Notes: generated by a model from the sequence alone, not told the origin. Positions 27,226-36,580 are shown, numbered from the stretch's first letter. The stretch: DNA of 37,003 nucleotides from an uncultured Methanobrevibacter sp. (GCA_902772665.1 CACYBU010000124.1:1-37003), one strand, 5' to 3'. Translations and numbers: made by a program.

Positions 27226-27408
27226 ATGGATGACAAAGCAAAAGTTATTGAAGCATTTAGAAGTTCTGATGAACCTTTAAATGCTAAAAAAGTAAGTGAA
27301 ATTTCAGGTATTGAAAAAAAAGAAGTTGATAAAATTATGAAAGAATTAAAAAAGGATGAAACAATTGTTTCACCAAAAAGATGTTATTGGACATTAGCTG
27401 AAAAATAA
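27226..27408 (+). CDS. Small winged-helix DNA-binding protein
   Basis: KVIEAF...PLNAKKVSEISGIEKKEVDKIMKELKK...SPKRCYW, 60 aa. Start ATG 27226. Confidence 0.75.
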   Translation: MDDKAKVIEAFRSSDEPLNAKKVSEISGIEKKEVDKIMKELKKDETIVSPKRCYWTLAEK

Positions 27409-27426
27409 TATCTTTCTTTATTTTTT

Positions 27427-28705
27427 TTAATCAATTATTTTTAAATCAAATTTCGCAAATTTTGTTTCTTTAAGGAATTTATTCATGTCTTTGTCTAATT
27501 TGTGAGCCAAATTCAATACAATGTCTAAGAATTTGTCATAATCCTCTTTTGTTTGTGAATCAAGACCGTGAGCTAAAATGGATTTGTTCCTTTTTTGTGT
27601 CAGATTCTTGATTTGGAATTCATTTTCAATATAATATTTACCTAACTCATCATCTAATTCATACAATAATTGTTAATCTTTTATAAGTCCGGTGGGTATT
27701 TTTTCGTCTTCAACTGTTTTTTTGAGTTCATCAATAAAATCCTGTGAAACATTATTTTCTTTTAGTATAGAAATATCTATATCTGAAGTGTTGAGCCTAT
27801 ATTGTATTAGTTGGATTTTTGCAACTAATTCAAAGGATCGATATAATCGAGCAATCGCATCATTATATTTATACTCATCAGCTTTTCGTATAGAATTATT
27901 AATCAAACTTGCAAGAATATAACAGTTTCTCAGATTATCTGATCTTGAGTTGACAATATTGCCAAGTGCCTTTAGGTTCATCTTCAGCTCTTTTCTTATT
28001 TCAACAAATTCCATGGCCTTTGCATCAACCTCTCTTAAATGATTATATGCATGTTGAAAATCCATATTGTCCCAATAATAATATGCCTTGCACAAATTTA
28101 AAAATGAGTCCTTGTGAATGTTTAAATCAACAATATTGTTCAGTATGTCAATACACGGCATGAAACGATTTGAATTGAAATTGTGTCTGGTTCTCATCAG
28201 TGCAAATTTGTCATATATTTTATAGAGGTTTTGGTAGTTGATGATTTCTGTACCTGCTGAAACCTGGCCGTTTGTTCTGTCTCCGCCAACGGAAATCAAA
28301 TCCTTTGAATAAAACATTCCGCAGCATGCCATGGCTGCAGACATTGTTTTTGTTCCGAAAGTATAATTCATAATAATTTGATAATCTTTATTGTCCATAT
28401 AATCATATTCCACAATTTTAGATTCAAATGTTTCAAAACAGTTGCTGAAATCATCAATCGCTTCAACAGTAACTGTTTCATAATCTTCACCAGGAATAAA
28501 TTCATCATTGTCTTTTTTAAATAACTTCTATATATGGAATTGTTTGCTTTGATATGTTTGATGCAAAAAACACCACTTTATTTGGATAGATTTTGTTAAT
28601 TGTGGAATATAATTTTTTGGCAAGATGTTTATCTCCGTCATCTGAAGCGTCTAATTTAATGCCCCTTCCAAAGGTCATGAATAATATAATTTCCTTTCTT
28701 CTCAT
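27427..28705 (-). pseudogene. CARF-HEPN protein (TIGR02710/Csm6-Csx1-like), interrupted by one frameshift and one in-frame stop
   Basis: CARF strand IILFMTFG, NYTFGTKTMS, YNDAIARLYRSFEL and HEPN RNKSILAHG. Frameshift at about 28520-28527; in-frame TAA at 27673-27675 (GLIKD*QLLY). Confidence 0.85.
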
Positions 28706-28717
28706 AATAATCTCTCC

Positions 28718-29410
28718 TTATAAATTATCTGCAATCAGATTAAATAATTCTTTAGTCTTGTCGGTTGATGTCCTATCTGAAATATCTTCAGGTATTTCAT
28801 AAACAAATGTAGGGTAGCCCGCCTGAGCAATAGGCTTTGAAACAAGAACCGCTGAAGTGGATTTGTAGGTTTCTTTGCCAGTGACTGGATAATAGTTGAA
28901 ATTGCTCCTTTGACTAATCTCTTTAGCAATACTTACGGAGGTATCATCCATTTCAGGTGTAGCCAGATAGAACCCTTCGCCATATTCCGGAATATGTGAA
29001 TGGGCAATGACCACTGCATTCGCATCTGAGGAAGTAACGTCGGGATTGACATAGTCATGAACCAGGTTTTCACCGTTTTCTCTTCCCTTTTCATAGTCAT
29101 CAGGATTTTCCGTGACGGTTACTTTATAGATAATTATTTTAACATCATCATTTCCGAATTCTCTTGCAGCCTGTATTTCAGGTTCAATTGACAATGTCTC
29201 TCTTGGATGAATTCCAGTAATTAGTGCAATACACTTTGTTGCATTTTCATTTCCCGAAACACCAACTTCAACTGTACCTATACTTGTATTAGCAAGTGGT
29301 GTGTAGGATATTTCATTAACATGAGGTGTTTCAAAATAGATTAATCCTCCAATTATCATTAACATTACTGCTATGAGAATTATTTTAGTTGACCTTTCCA
29401 ATATTTTCAC
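28718..29410 (-). CDS. Membrane-anchored extracellular protein, M14 zinc-peptidase/deacylase-like
   Basis: N-terminal TM, GIHPRE (HxxE), VIAHSH and FVYE. True start is probably TTG at 29401 (AGGTGA RBS). Confidence 0.55.
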   Translation of the reverse strand: MKILERSTKIILIAVMLMIIGGLIYFETPHVNEISYTPLANTSIGTVEVGVSGNENATKCIALITGIHPRETLSIEPEIQAAREFGNDDVKIIIYKVTVTENPDDYEKGRENGENLVHDYVNPDVTSSDANAVVIAHSHIPEYGEGFYLATPEMDDTSVSIAKEISQRSNFNYYPVTGKETYKSTSAVLVSKPIAQAGYPTFVYEIPEDISDRTSTDKTKELFNLIADNL

Positions 29411-29449
29411 CTGAATTTAATGTATGTAATTTAATTTATGAATTTATCT

Positions 29450-29960
29450 TAATAGTGAAAGAATACTCTAACCTCTTAAGGTTAGGGATGAATTTCACAA
29501 AATGAGCATCATAATACTTCAAATGTTATCTCTATTTCTTTATATATCTTTTGTATTTTAAATAATTTATATAAATAATGAAATTGTTTTGATGGAGTTG
29601 AATGTTAAGAAATGTGTTAATCAGGGTTTGAAGGTTAGGTTATGCCCTGAAGAGAATATGGTAACTAAAATTAACCAGAATATAAGTAATGCCAGATTTA
29701 CCTGGAATAAACTACTTGAAAACTATCAGAACACCTATAAAAATATTCAAACTCAATGGTTACAGTAAGCTGAAGTGCAGCATGGCCATTTTTAACACTA
29801 TGTTAAACATACTCAAAAAAAAGAACATGATTTCTTATACTTAAGCGAATCCTCAAGTCTCCAGTATGTTTACAGAGATCTTATCAATGATTATAATAGG
29901 TTTTTCAATGGTAAAGAGGGTTATCCTAGATAAAAATCCAAAAAACATGATAAACATGTT
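29450..29960 (+). mobile_element. IS200/IS605-family (IS1341-like) element remnant: left end plus truncated tnpB
   Basis: Left-end hairpin CTCTAACCT-ctta-AGGTTAGGG (29466-29487) inside GTGAAA/TTTCAC arms, followed by a tnpB 5' fragment. No tnpA. Confidence 0.8.
29592..29960 (+). pseudogene. tnpB: TnpB (IS605 OrfB) N-terminal fragment
   Basis: GLKVRLCPEE...INQNISNARFTWNKLL / FNTMLNILKK / EHDFLYLSESSSLQYVYRDLINDYNRFFNGKEGYPR*KSKK. Two A-run frameshifts and a stop; RuvC domain missing. Confidence 0.85.
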
Positions 29961-30775
29961 CAATGTGATATTAATCTGGCGATGACATACTCTCCAATGT
30001 AGGTGAATAATATTTCTATTTTCTGATTATTAGGTATTGAATTTCTGATCTCACTTGCACTTTTAACCTCATCAATTAGGGTATAGTCATTATTCGCCAC
30101 ATATCCGACGGTTTCATTATCACTGACAACTGCAATTGCATCTGCATCATGTTCGTTTTCATCATCTTTAATTAGCGTAAGGATATCACCTGTTTTAGGA
30201 GTGAAGTTGTAAAAGCTACTGCCCACTATATTTATTAAAGTATCTGAGGTATTTTTCAAATAGAAAGTCTGTTTTTCAAATGCCTTAAGTTTGTCATACT
30301 CATTATATGCGATTAAATAACATTTATATGACTCTGGAAGGTTATTTAGACCCTCCAGTATTTCAGCCTTTAAAAAGTAAAATTCAGACCCGTCTTCCGT
30401 ATCAGGAAGCGTGTTTATTGCCAAATCAATTAACTCCAGAGCTTTTTTGCAATTGCCTTCGGGAAAAAATGTAACCTTTGTCCAGCAGTACAACGTATTT
30501 GCTTTATTGATAAGAGTATCGGTGGTTTTGTTAAGTTTAAGTGAGTTATCATAACATCTGATGGCTTCATCAAATCTGGATAGTCTGTCAAGAACTCTTC
30601 CCTTCAGATTCCAGTTCTCATAACCTGAATCTATTTTTAACATTTCATTGATTTCATTTAATGCTTCAGAGTAGCGTTTTTCATTAAAAAGATACTCGAA
30701 TCTTGGAGTGTCTGAAACCCTGAATCTTGACTGATGACCATCATCATTATCATCCAGATATAAATAATCTTTCAT
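29960..30775 (-). CDS. TPR-repeat + C-terminal HIRAN domain protein
   Basis: TPR units (WNLKGRVLDRLSRFDEAIRCYDNSLKL) and HIRAN-like LIKDDENEHDADAIAV...VGYV. Confidence 0.8.
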   Translation of the reverse strand: MKDYLYLDDNDDGHQSRFRVSDTPRFEYLFNEKRYSEALNEINEMLKIDSGYENWNLKGRVLDRLSRFDEAIRCYDNSLKLNKTTDTLINKANTLYCWTKVTFFPEGNCKKALELIDLAINTLPDTEDGSEFYFLKAEILEGLNNLPESYKCYLIAYNEYDKLKAFEKQTFYLKNTSDTLINIVGSSFYNFTPKTGDILTLIKDDENEHDADAIAVVSDNETVGYVANNDYTLIDEVKSASEIRNSIPNNQKIEILFTYIGEYVIARLISH

Positions 30776-30846
30776 ATTTAATAATATCTAATTCATTAAA
30801 TGATAAATATATCTTTTAACAGATTAATATTTTAGAGGTTGAAAAT

Positions 30847-32301
30847 ATGGATTATGATGTAATTTATATTGGAAGTGGAAATGCCGCATGGCAAGGCGGT
30901 AGATTTTTAAGAAAAGAAGGTTTAAAAGTTTTAATCATTGAAGAAAGCTTATATGGAGGTGCATGTGCCAATAGAGGATGTAACTCCAAAGCATTGCTTG
31001 ACGCTCCCTATGAAATAAAGGCATTGACAGATAATTTTGAAGGTATTGGAAAATCCGGTAGTTTTGAGGTTAGCTGGTCGGACTTAATGAAATTCAAACG
31101 AAAACGGATAGCCAATATGGCGCCGTTTTTAGACAGCAAGTTTGAGGAATACGGTCTTGACATGGCTCACGGAAAAGGAGTGATTCTCGATAAACACACA
31201 GTTCAGGTGGGTGATGAAACTTTCACCACTGACAAGATTGTAATATGCACAGGCATGAAACCCATAATCCCGGATATTCCTGGCAGACAATACCTTCATG
31301 ACAGTACGGACTTTTTGGATATTGATGAACTTCCACAACATGCCATTATAATAGGTGCAGGTTTTGTCGGCATGGAATTTGCATCAATACTTGCCGAAGC
31401 AGGTCTCAGTGCCGACGTTATTGTCAGAGGAGACATGGCCTTAAAACACTTCCACCAGCCTTATGTCAGAAAAGTCATTGAAATCTTAAAAGAGAAAAAT
31501 ATACGTTTCCATTTCAACCAGACGGTCCGTGAAGTAATTAAAGATGATAGTGTTGTCATAGAAAATCCCGAAGACAATGTTTTAAATGTGGATAATGGAT
31601 TGAATTCAGATAAAGATTTAAGAGATCCTGAAGCAAAAATCAACAATAAGGCATATGAAAATGCCTTTACCGTTAACTGTGAAAGTGGTCTTAGCTTAAA
31701 AGGGGATTACGTTATTGCTGCAATGGGAAGAACTGCCAATGTTGAAGACATCGGTCTTGAAAATGTGGGACTTACCTATACAGATAAGGGAATTAAGGTT
31801 AACGGACACCTGCAAACACAGATTCCGAATATCTATGCTTCCGGTGATGTTGCCGATACAGGAATTGCCAAACTGGTAACCGTTGCAATACATCACTCCA
31901 AATATCTTGCAGGAGAATTGTTGGGAAAATCCGATGAAATAACATATCCGGTAATTCCTGCAGTTGCATATACCATACCAAGAATAGCAACAGTAGGGGT
32001 TCCGGCATATATTGGCGATCAGAATGATGAATATAATGTTCATACAATCAGATATGGAAAATCATATTCTCTTGAACTTAAAAATGACACAACCGCTGAG
32101 GCTAAAGTCATTGTTGATAGGGATTTGAACATTGTCGGTGCGGAAATATATGCTGCCGATGCTGAAAATGTTGCAAACATGTTCGCATTCATAATCAACA
32201 AAAAAATAACTCTTGAAGAACTTGATTATATGATTTACGCATTCCCTTCAAGCAGTTCAGTGTGTCTTTATAAACTGCACAATATCCATTATTCATTTTA
32301 A
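30847..32301 (+). CDS. Class I pyridine nucleotide-disulfide oxidoreductase (glutathione reductase-like)
   Basis: YIGSG, GGACANRGC redox dithiol, GAGFVGME, NIYASGDV and C-terminal YAFPS. Confidence 0.88.
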   Translation: MDYDVIYIGSGNAAWQGGRFLRKEGLKVLIIEESLYGGACANRGCNSKALLDAPYEIKALTDNFEGIGKSGSFEVSWSDLMKFKRKRIANMAPFLDSKFEEYGLDMAHGKGVILDKHTVQVGDETFTTDKIVICTGMKPIIPDIPGRQYLHDSTDFLDIDELPQHAIIIGAGFVGMEFASILAEAGLSADVIVRGDMALKHFHQPYVRKVIEILKEKNIRFHFNQTVREVIKDDSVVIENPEDNVLNVDNGLNSDKDLRDPEAKINNKAYENAFTVNCESGLSLKGDYVIAAMGRTANVEDIGLENVGLTYTDKGIKVNGHLQTQIPNIYASGDVADTGIAKLVTVAIHHSKYLAGELLGKSDEITYPVIPAVAYTIPRIATVGVPAYIGDQNDEYNVHTIRYGKSYSLELKNDTTAEAKVIVDRDLNIVGAEIYAADAENVANMFAFIINKKITLEELDYMIYAFPSSSSVCLYKLHNIHYSF

Positions 32302-32370
32302 ACTTAAAATATTAAATATTAGAAAGATACAAAATATATGTAATTAAGTAAAAAACGGAGAATAATTATT

Positions 32371-32661
32371 ATGGCAGAAAAGAATTCAAACGTTGCAATG
32401 ATTTTATCATTCCTTTTTACAGGTGTTGGAATTGCATATTTGGGAAACGTTTCAAAAGGTTTGGGTTTGCTTGCAGTTGGAATAATCTGTAATCTTTTAG
32501 GAATGTATGTATTCGGATTTTTCCATTATATTTCCATTCTTACATGGATTGTATCACTCTACCTGACCTATAAGGAGGGTAAAAATAATATCAAAAAAGA
32601 GCCTGAACCACAAATGAGAAACAGAATATATAGGGTAGATAATAATCGAATCAGAAGATAA
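32371..32661 (+). CDS. Small membrane protein (TM2-like)
   Basis: AMILSFLFTGVGIAYLG..KG pattern with 2-3 TM segments. Confidence 0.7.
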   Translation: MAEKNSNVAMILSFLFTGVGIAYLGNVSKGLGLLAVGIICNLLGMYVFGFFHYISILTWIVSLYLTYKEGKNNIKKEPEPQMRNRIYRVDNNRIRR

Positions 32662-32700
32662 TATAACCCTAAAACACCACCATTTTAAGGAGATTTGTTT

Positions 32701-33033
32701 ATGGTTAAGCTGGATGAAAAATATATCTTTCACATTCCTCTTTTCAAGTATGCAGATGATAAACTGATTGAAATTGAAATTGTTGATTTAATAGAGGATT
32801 TGATGGATCAGTTCTCTCAAAACGGTCATGACAATCTATATGTAACCAAAGTTAAAGGCTATTATAAATCAAGGTGTTATGACGAACTGCTGATAACACT
32901 GTTTGTTTGCAAAAGTAGCCATCCTCCGGAAGAAATATTTCAAAACTGGTTTAAAAAACACAATGAGATACTCGGGCAGGAAGCTTTTGCCTATGAATAT
33001 AACAATAGAATGTTTATTGAAAAAATAATTTAA
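32701..33033 (+). CDS. Hypothetical protein
   Basis: AGGAG RBS before ATG 32701. 110-aa ORF with no recognised motif. Confidence 0.7.
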   Translation: MVKLDEKYIFHIPLFKYADDKLIEIEIVDLIEDLMDQFSQNGHDNLYVTKVKGYYKSRCYDELLITLFVCKSSHPPEEIFQNWFKKHNEILGQEAFAYEYNNRMFIEKII

Positions 33034-33310
33034 AAATTAAATAATTTAGTTTTGTTTATTAGATTATCAATCTCTATTTTTTGCAATTAATTTAAATCAG
33101 TTATTAACTTTTTGATATTAATATTATTATAACAATGAAGATTATAATTTTAATTTATCTATTTTTAATAAAAATATAAATAAAATAAATACACAGGTGT
33201 ATCAGTTTTTTCAAATAACTTCACAAATTTATTTTTAGGTCATGCAAAAATTTGGGGATTTCATGTTCATATCTAATTTATATATAGGATGTATGATAAA
33301 TACGATAATA

Positions 33311-34732
33311 ATGGTGAATTTAGTGAGATATAATATTGCAAAATTGTCAGGAAAAGCCACATATCATTTGGCAAAAAGAGGTCCAGGTAGCGGAGGAACT
33401 TATCCCGGCCATGTATTTACTAAAATTGGAGGTTATGACTCCGTATCCAAGTTAGCTTCAGAGTTAAAGACTGGTGCAGTTCTTATTACAGGAACTAATG
33501 GTAAAACTACAACAACCACTCTTTTAATCAAATTAATGTCAAATGATGTTGATTTCAGATACAGTTATGAAAATAATATTTTAAATTCCATTGTAACTTC
33601 TCTTTTAACCCAAAAAGGAGATTTAGGTATATTTGAATATGGAATTAGAAATCTGACCTATGGTATTCCAGATACAGTTGAAAGATTAATAAATCCGATT
33701 GGTGTAGTATACACCACTATTTCACAGGAGCATGCGCAAGTTGCAGGTGTGAAAAATCCGTTCGAAGATTATTATAAAGCTAAAAAATTATTATCACAAG
33801 CAATGACAAGAGGAGCTATTATAACCAATGCAGATGATCCGAGAACTGCATTTATCGGTATTGAAAAATCCAAAGATGTAAACATCAATTATTATGGTAT
33901 TGAAGCTGAAGGCATAGAAGATTCCAATGCAGAAACAATTGAATGTCCAAAATGCGGTGAAAAATTAATTTTCTTAAAACATTTCCTAAACCATAGAGGA
34001 TATTACCAGTGCAATTGTGGATTTAAACGCCCAGAACCTAATTTAAAATTAGTTAATGCTAAATTTGGTGTTAACAAATGGATTTTAACCATTAAAGGAG
34101 AAGTATTTAATTATATTGCTTCTAAAAAAATAAGAATTGATTTAAAACTTAAGGTTCCGCCATTCGGTTTCCACAATATTTACAATACTTTAGCATCAAT
34201 TACAGCATATGCCACTTTCACACCGAAGAGTGAAAGAATTGAAACCACAATTAAGAAGGTCTTCAACAATCTTGACATGTCATTCATACCTCCAGGAAGA
34301 TTTGAAGTAGTCAACATTGGCGGTAAGTATGTCGGTCTTGGACAGGGAGACAATGGTGATGCGTTAAAGATTAATGCAATGTGTATGAAACCATATGTTG
34401 AAGGCCCATTGGAGTTCATTTATACCACTCCCGATGAAAAGGAAGATGAAATATTCAAAGATCATTTTAACGTTATTAAAAGTATGAATCCGAAGCATAT
34501 TATTGTTGTTCCGGGAAGAAAATCCACCAGAAAAGCTGAAGAGTACTTTGAAATCATCAAAAAAGAATTTGACAACGTTGACTTTTATCCGTTAAGTTAC
34601 GATAAATTGGATGAAAGAATTGACAAATTAACTGAACTGGCTCATGAATCTGATTATAAATATGTCATTATGAGCGGATGCGGTGAAGAACAGGCAATGT
34701 GGGAAAAAATTAAAATCAAACTTAAGGAATAA
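33311..34732 (+). CDS. Mur ligase family protein, MurT-like (DUF1727-type), putative pseudomurein biosynthesis
   Basis: GGTYPG, ITGTNGKTTTT, NADDP, CPKC...CNC Zn ribbon, HNIYN and PGRFE. Start probably ATG 33311, downstream of TTTATATA at 33277. Confidence 0.85.
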   Translation: MVNLVRYNIAKLSGKATYHLAKRGPGSGGTYPGHVFTKIGGYDSVSKLASELKTGAVLITGTNGKTTTTTLLIKLMSNDVDFRYSYENNILNSIVTSLLTQKGDLGIFEYGIRNLTYGIPDTVERLINPIGVVYTTISQEHAQVAGVKNPFEDYYKAKKLLSQAMTRGAIITNADDPRTAFIGIEKSKDVNINYYGIEAEGIEDSNAETIECPKCGEKLIFLKHFLNHRGYYQCNCGFKRPEPNLKLVNAKFGVNKWILTIKGEVFNYIASKKIRIDLKLKVPPFGFHNIYNTLASITAYATFTPKSERIETTIKKVFNNLDMSFIPPGRFEVVNIGGKYVGLGQGDNGDALKINAMCMKPYVEGPLEFIYTTPDEKEDEIFKDHFNVIKSMNPKHIIVVPGRKSTRKAEEYFEIIKKEFDNVDFYPLSYDKLDERIDKLTELAHESDYKYVIMSGCGEEQAMWEKIKIKLKE

Positions 34733-34736
34733 TAAT

Positions 34737-35435
34737 ATGATTAAACATGTTTTAATTGTATTGGTTATGTTAATATCATTATCCATTCTGTCTTCTGTTT
34801 GTGCATGCGATTTAAATAATTCTACTTCAGATTTGACTCGGAATGATTATGATTTTAAAAATTTAACAATCCCTATGGAACCTGATGGTAATGAATTAAA
34901 ATCAGAGATTTTAACTGCTGATTTTCAAGACAATAAGAATTTTTCAAGTGATGATGATTCTACCGTATATTTGATATTGGATAATGATGTGGATAAAGAA
35001 AATGTTTATATCGGGGATTATGTTACATGGATTGTTAGTGTTCATAACCTCAAAAACAACAAGGCAAAAAATGTGAAAGTTTATAATCATTTATCCGAAG
35101 GGCTGAAATATATTAATTATACTTCAACTAAGGGCACCTTTAATCCCGATACAGGAATATGGGATATTGGAGATGTATTGGGCAGGCATAGGGAATTCTT
35201 ATATATTACTGCCCTTGCAGTATCCGTCGGTGAATAGATGAACAAGGCTATCCTAACAACAAATTCCATTAATTTAAATAATGAGACCTATGAAGAAGAA
35301 GAAATGGATGTTCACGACAGACCTCATTCAGTAGCTAAAATTAATCGTTCAATATCTTTAAATGTCACTGGCAATCCTGTTGTTTTGGTATTGTTTTGTC
35401 TGTTTGGATGTTTGGTTAGTTATTTTAAAAGATAA
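34737..35435 (+). pseudogene. DUF11 (Ig-like) surface protein with C-terminal TGNP anchor, interrupted by one in-frame TAG
   Basis: Signal peptide; GDYVTWIVSVHN...NVKV...GLKY...GIWDIG DUF11; TAG at 35235-35237; same frame continues to VTGNPVVLVLFCLFGCLVSYFKR. Confidence 0.8.
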
Positions 35436-35454
35436 TGATAATTTAGGGTTTTAT

Positions 35455-35900
35455 CAATTGTTTGTTATTCTGAGACACATATAAAACATATATAGTGCCA
35501 CATTAAGTAAATCCATTTTTTTAAATTAGCTTTTGCATAATTATATTATTGTGGGTGTCTATTCTAATGTTTCCTGATATGTACTTGCAGTATAATAGCA
35601 CAATTGAAAATCCAATGCACGATACCATCATATGTGATTCTATGAACTGTTACATAATATCATCATTTATCCATTGGATGTTTTCGATATGCAGTAAGTT
35701 GGATCATCACCCGAACAAGTGCAAAAATGCCATAAGGCTCATCTCCGTCACATACAAGATATGAGATTCATTTAGGGATATCTTCTTTAACCAAATCTTC
35801 ACTAGTATGAATGGCTTTTGCTGGTTCGGATTACCGTTGTCAAACATGAAATCCTGAGAAACACTGTAAATCCATATAATATCTTTTTAATATACATTAA
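35455..35900 (-). pseudogene. GNAT-family N-acetyltransferase pseudogene
   Basis: Minus-strand fragments QDFMFDNGNPNQ, GDDPTY, WINDD, VTVHRI, NIRIDTH and MQKLI*KNGFT*CGTIYV across many frameshifts and stops. Confidence 0.75.
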
Positions 35901-35917
35901 TATTACCAATTGTGAAT

Positions 35918-36580
35918 TTATTTTCTGGCAATAACACAAATCCAATCTGTATCCTTTTTTGTCACGCTGTCAGGACCTTTTTTAGAAAAACAGGCAATAT
36001 CTGAAAATCCCGCTTCAGCCAAATGGTGTTTGAAATCATCTTCGCCGTAAATTTTCATATCAAGCAACTCAATCAGTTCTTTTTGACGGTTATCATCTTT
36101 TTTGGGAAAGGATTCATTACAAATAAACATTATTCCATTGTTTTTTAATACTCGTCTCACTTCTTTGGAATCATTTATAAAATCTGGCCAAAAATAAACG
36201 GTTTCAAAGCAGGTTACAATATCCATGCTGTCATCATCAAAAGGCAGGTCACAGACAGAGCCGTGAATAATTTCACATCTTCCGTTATCTATGTCTTTCT
36301 GGTTAAGATTAATGGATTTTTTAACTGCAAGTTGTGAATAATCCAAACCGTATACCTTATTGCAGGTCATTTCAAGAAATCTTTTAATGTTGATTCCACC
36401 GCCACAGCCTATGTCGAGGATTATGTCCTTTTTTGAAATATTCAAATGGTTTATACCCCATTTTGCAAGATTTTCATGAAAACTGTTCATCCGGTCAAGC
36501 AGTTCTTCGCCCAATTCACCTTCAGGGTTTCGAGCATTTTTAAATAATTCAGGTTCTTCTATTATTTTAAAATCAGACAT
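35918..36580 (-). CDS. Class I SAM-dependent methyltransferase
   Basis: ILDIGCGGG, GLDYS, LPFDD..DIVTCFETVYFWPD and RVLK..G motifs. Confidence 0.9.
   Translation of the reverse strand: MSDFKIIEEPELFKNARNPEGELGEELLDRMNSFHENLAKWGINHLNISKKDIILDIGCGGGINIKRFLEMTCNKVYGLDYSQLAVKKSINLNQKDIDNGRCEIIHGSVCDLPFDDDSMDIVTCFETVYFWPDFINDSKEVRRVLKNNGIMFICNESFPKKDDNRQKELIELLDMKIYGEDDFKHHLAEAGFSDIACFSKKGPDSVTKKDTDWICVIARK

Noticed and set aside
6336-29960. Omega-RNA-like relic and tnpB 5' half as the two ends of one composite transposon
   Set aside because: The order is wrong (the 3'-end relic lies 23 kb upstream of the left end on the same strand), and the intervening genes look chromosomal.
35235-35237. Pyrrolysine read-through of the TAG
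   Set aside because: Methanobacteriales are not known to have pyl genes, TAG serves as a normal stop elsewhere in the window (e.g. 12754), and a single AAG-to-TAG change explains it.
35549-35764. 71-aa plus-strand ORF
   Set aside because: It is the antisense shadow of the GNAT pseudogene on the minus strand.
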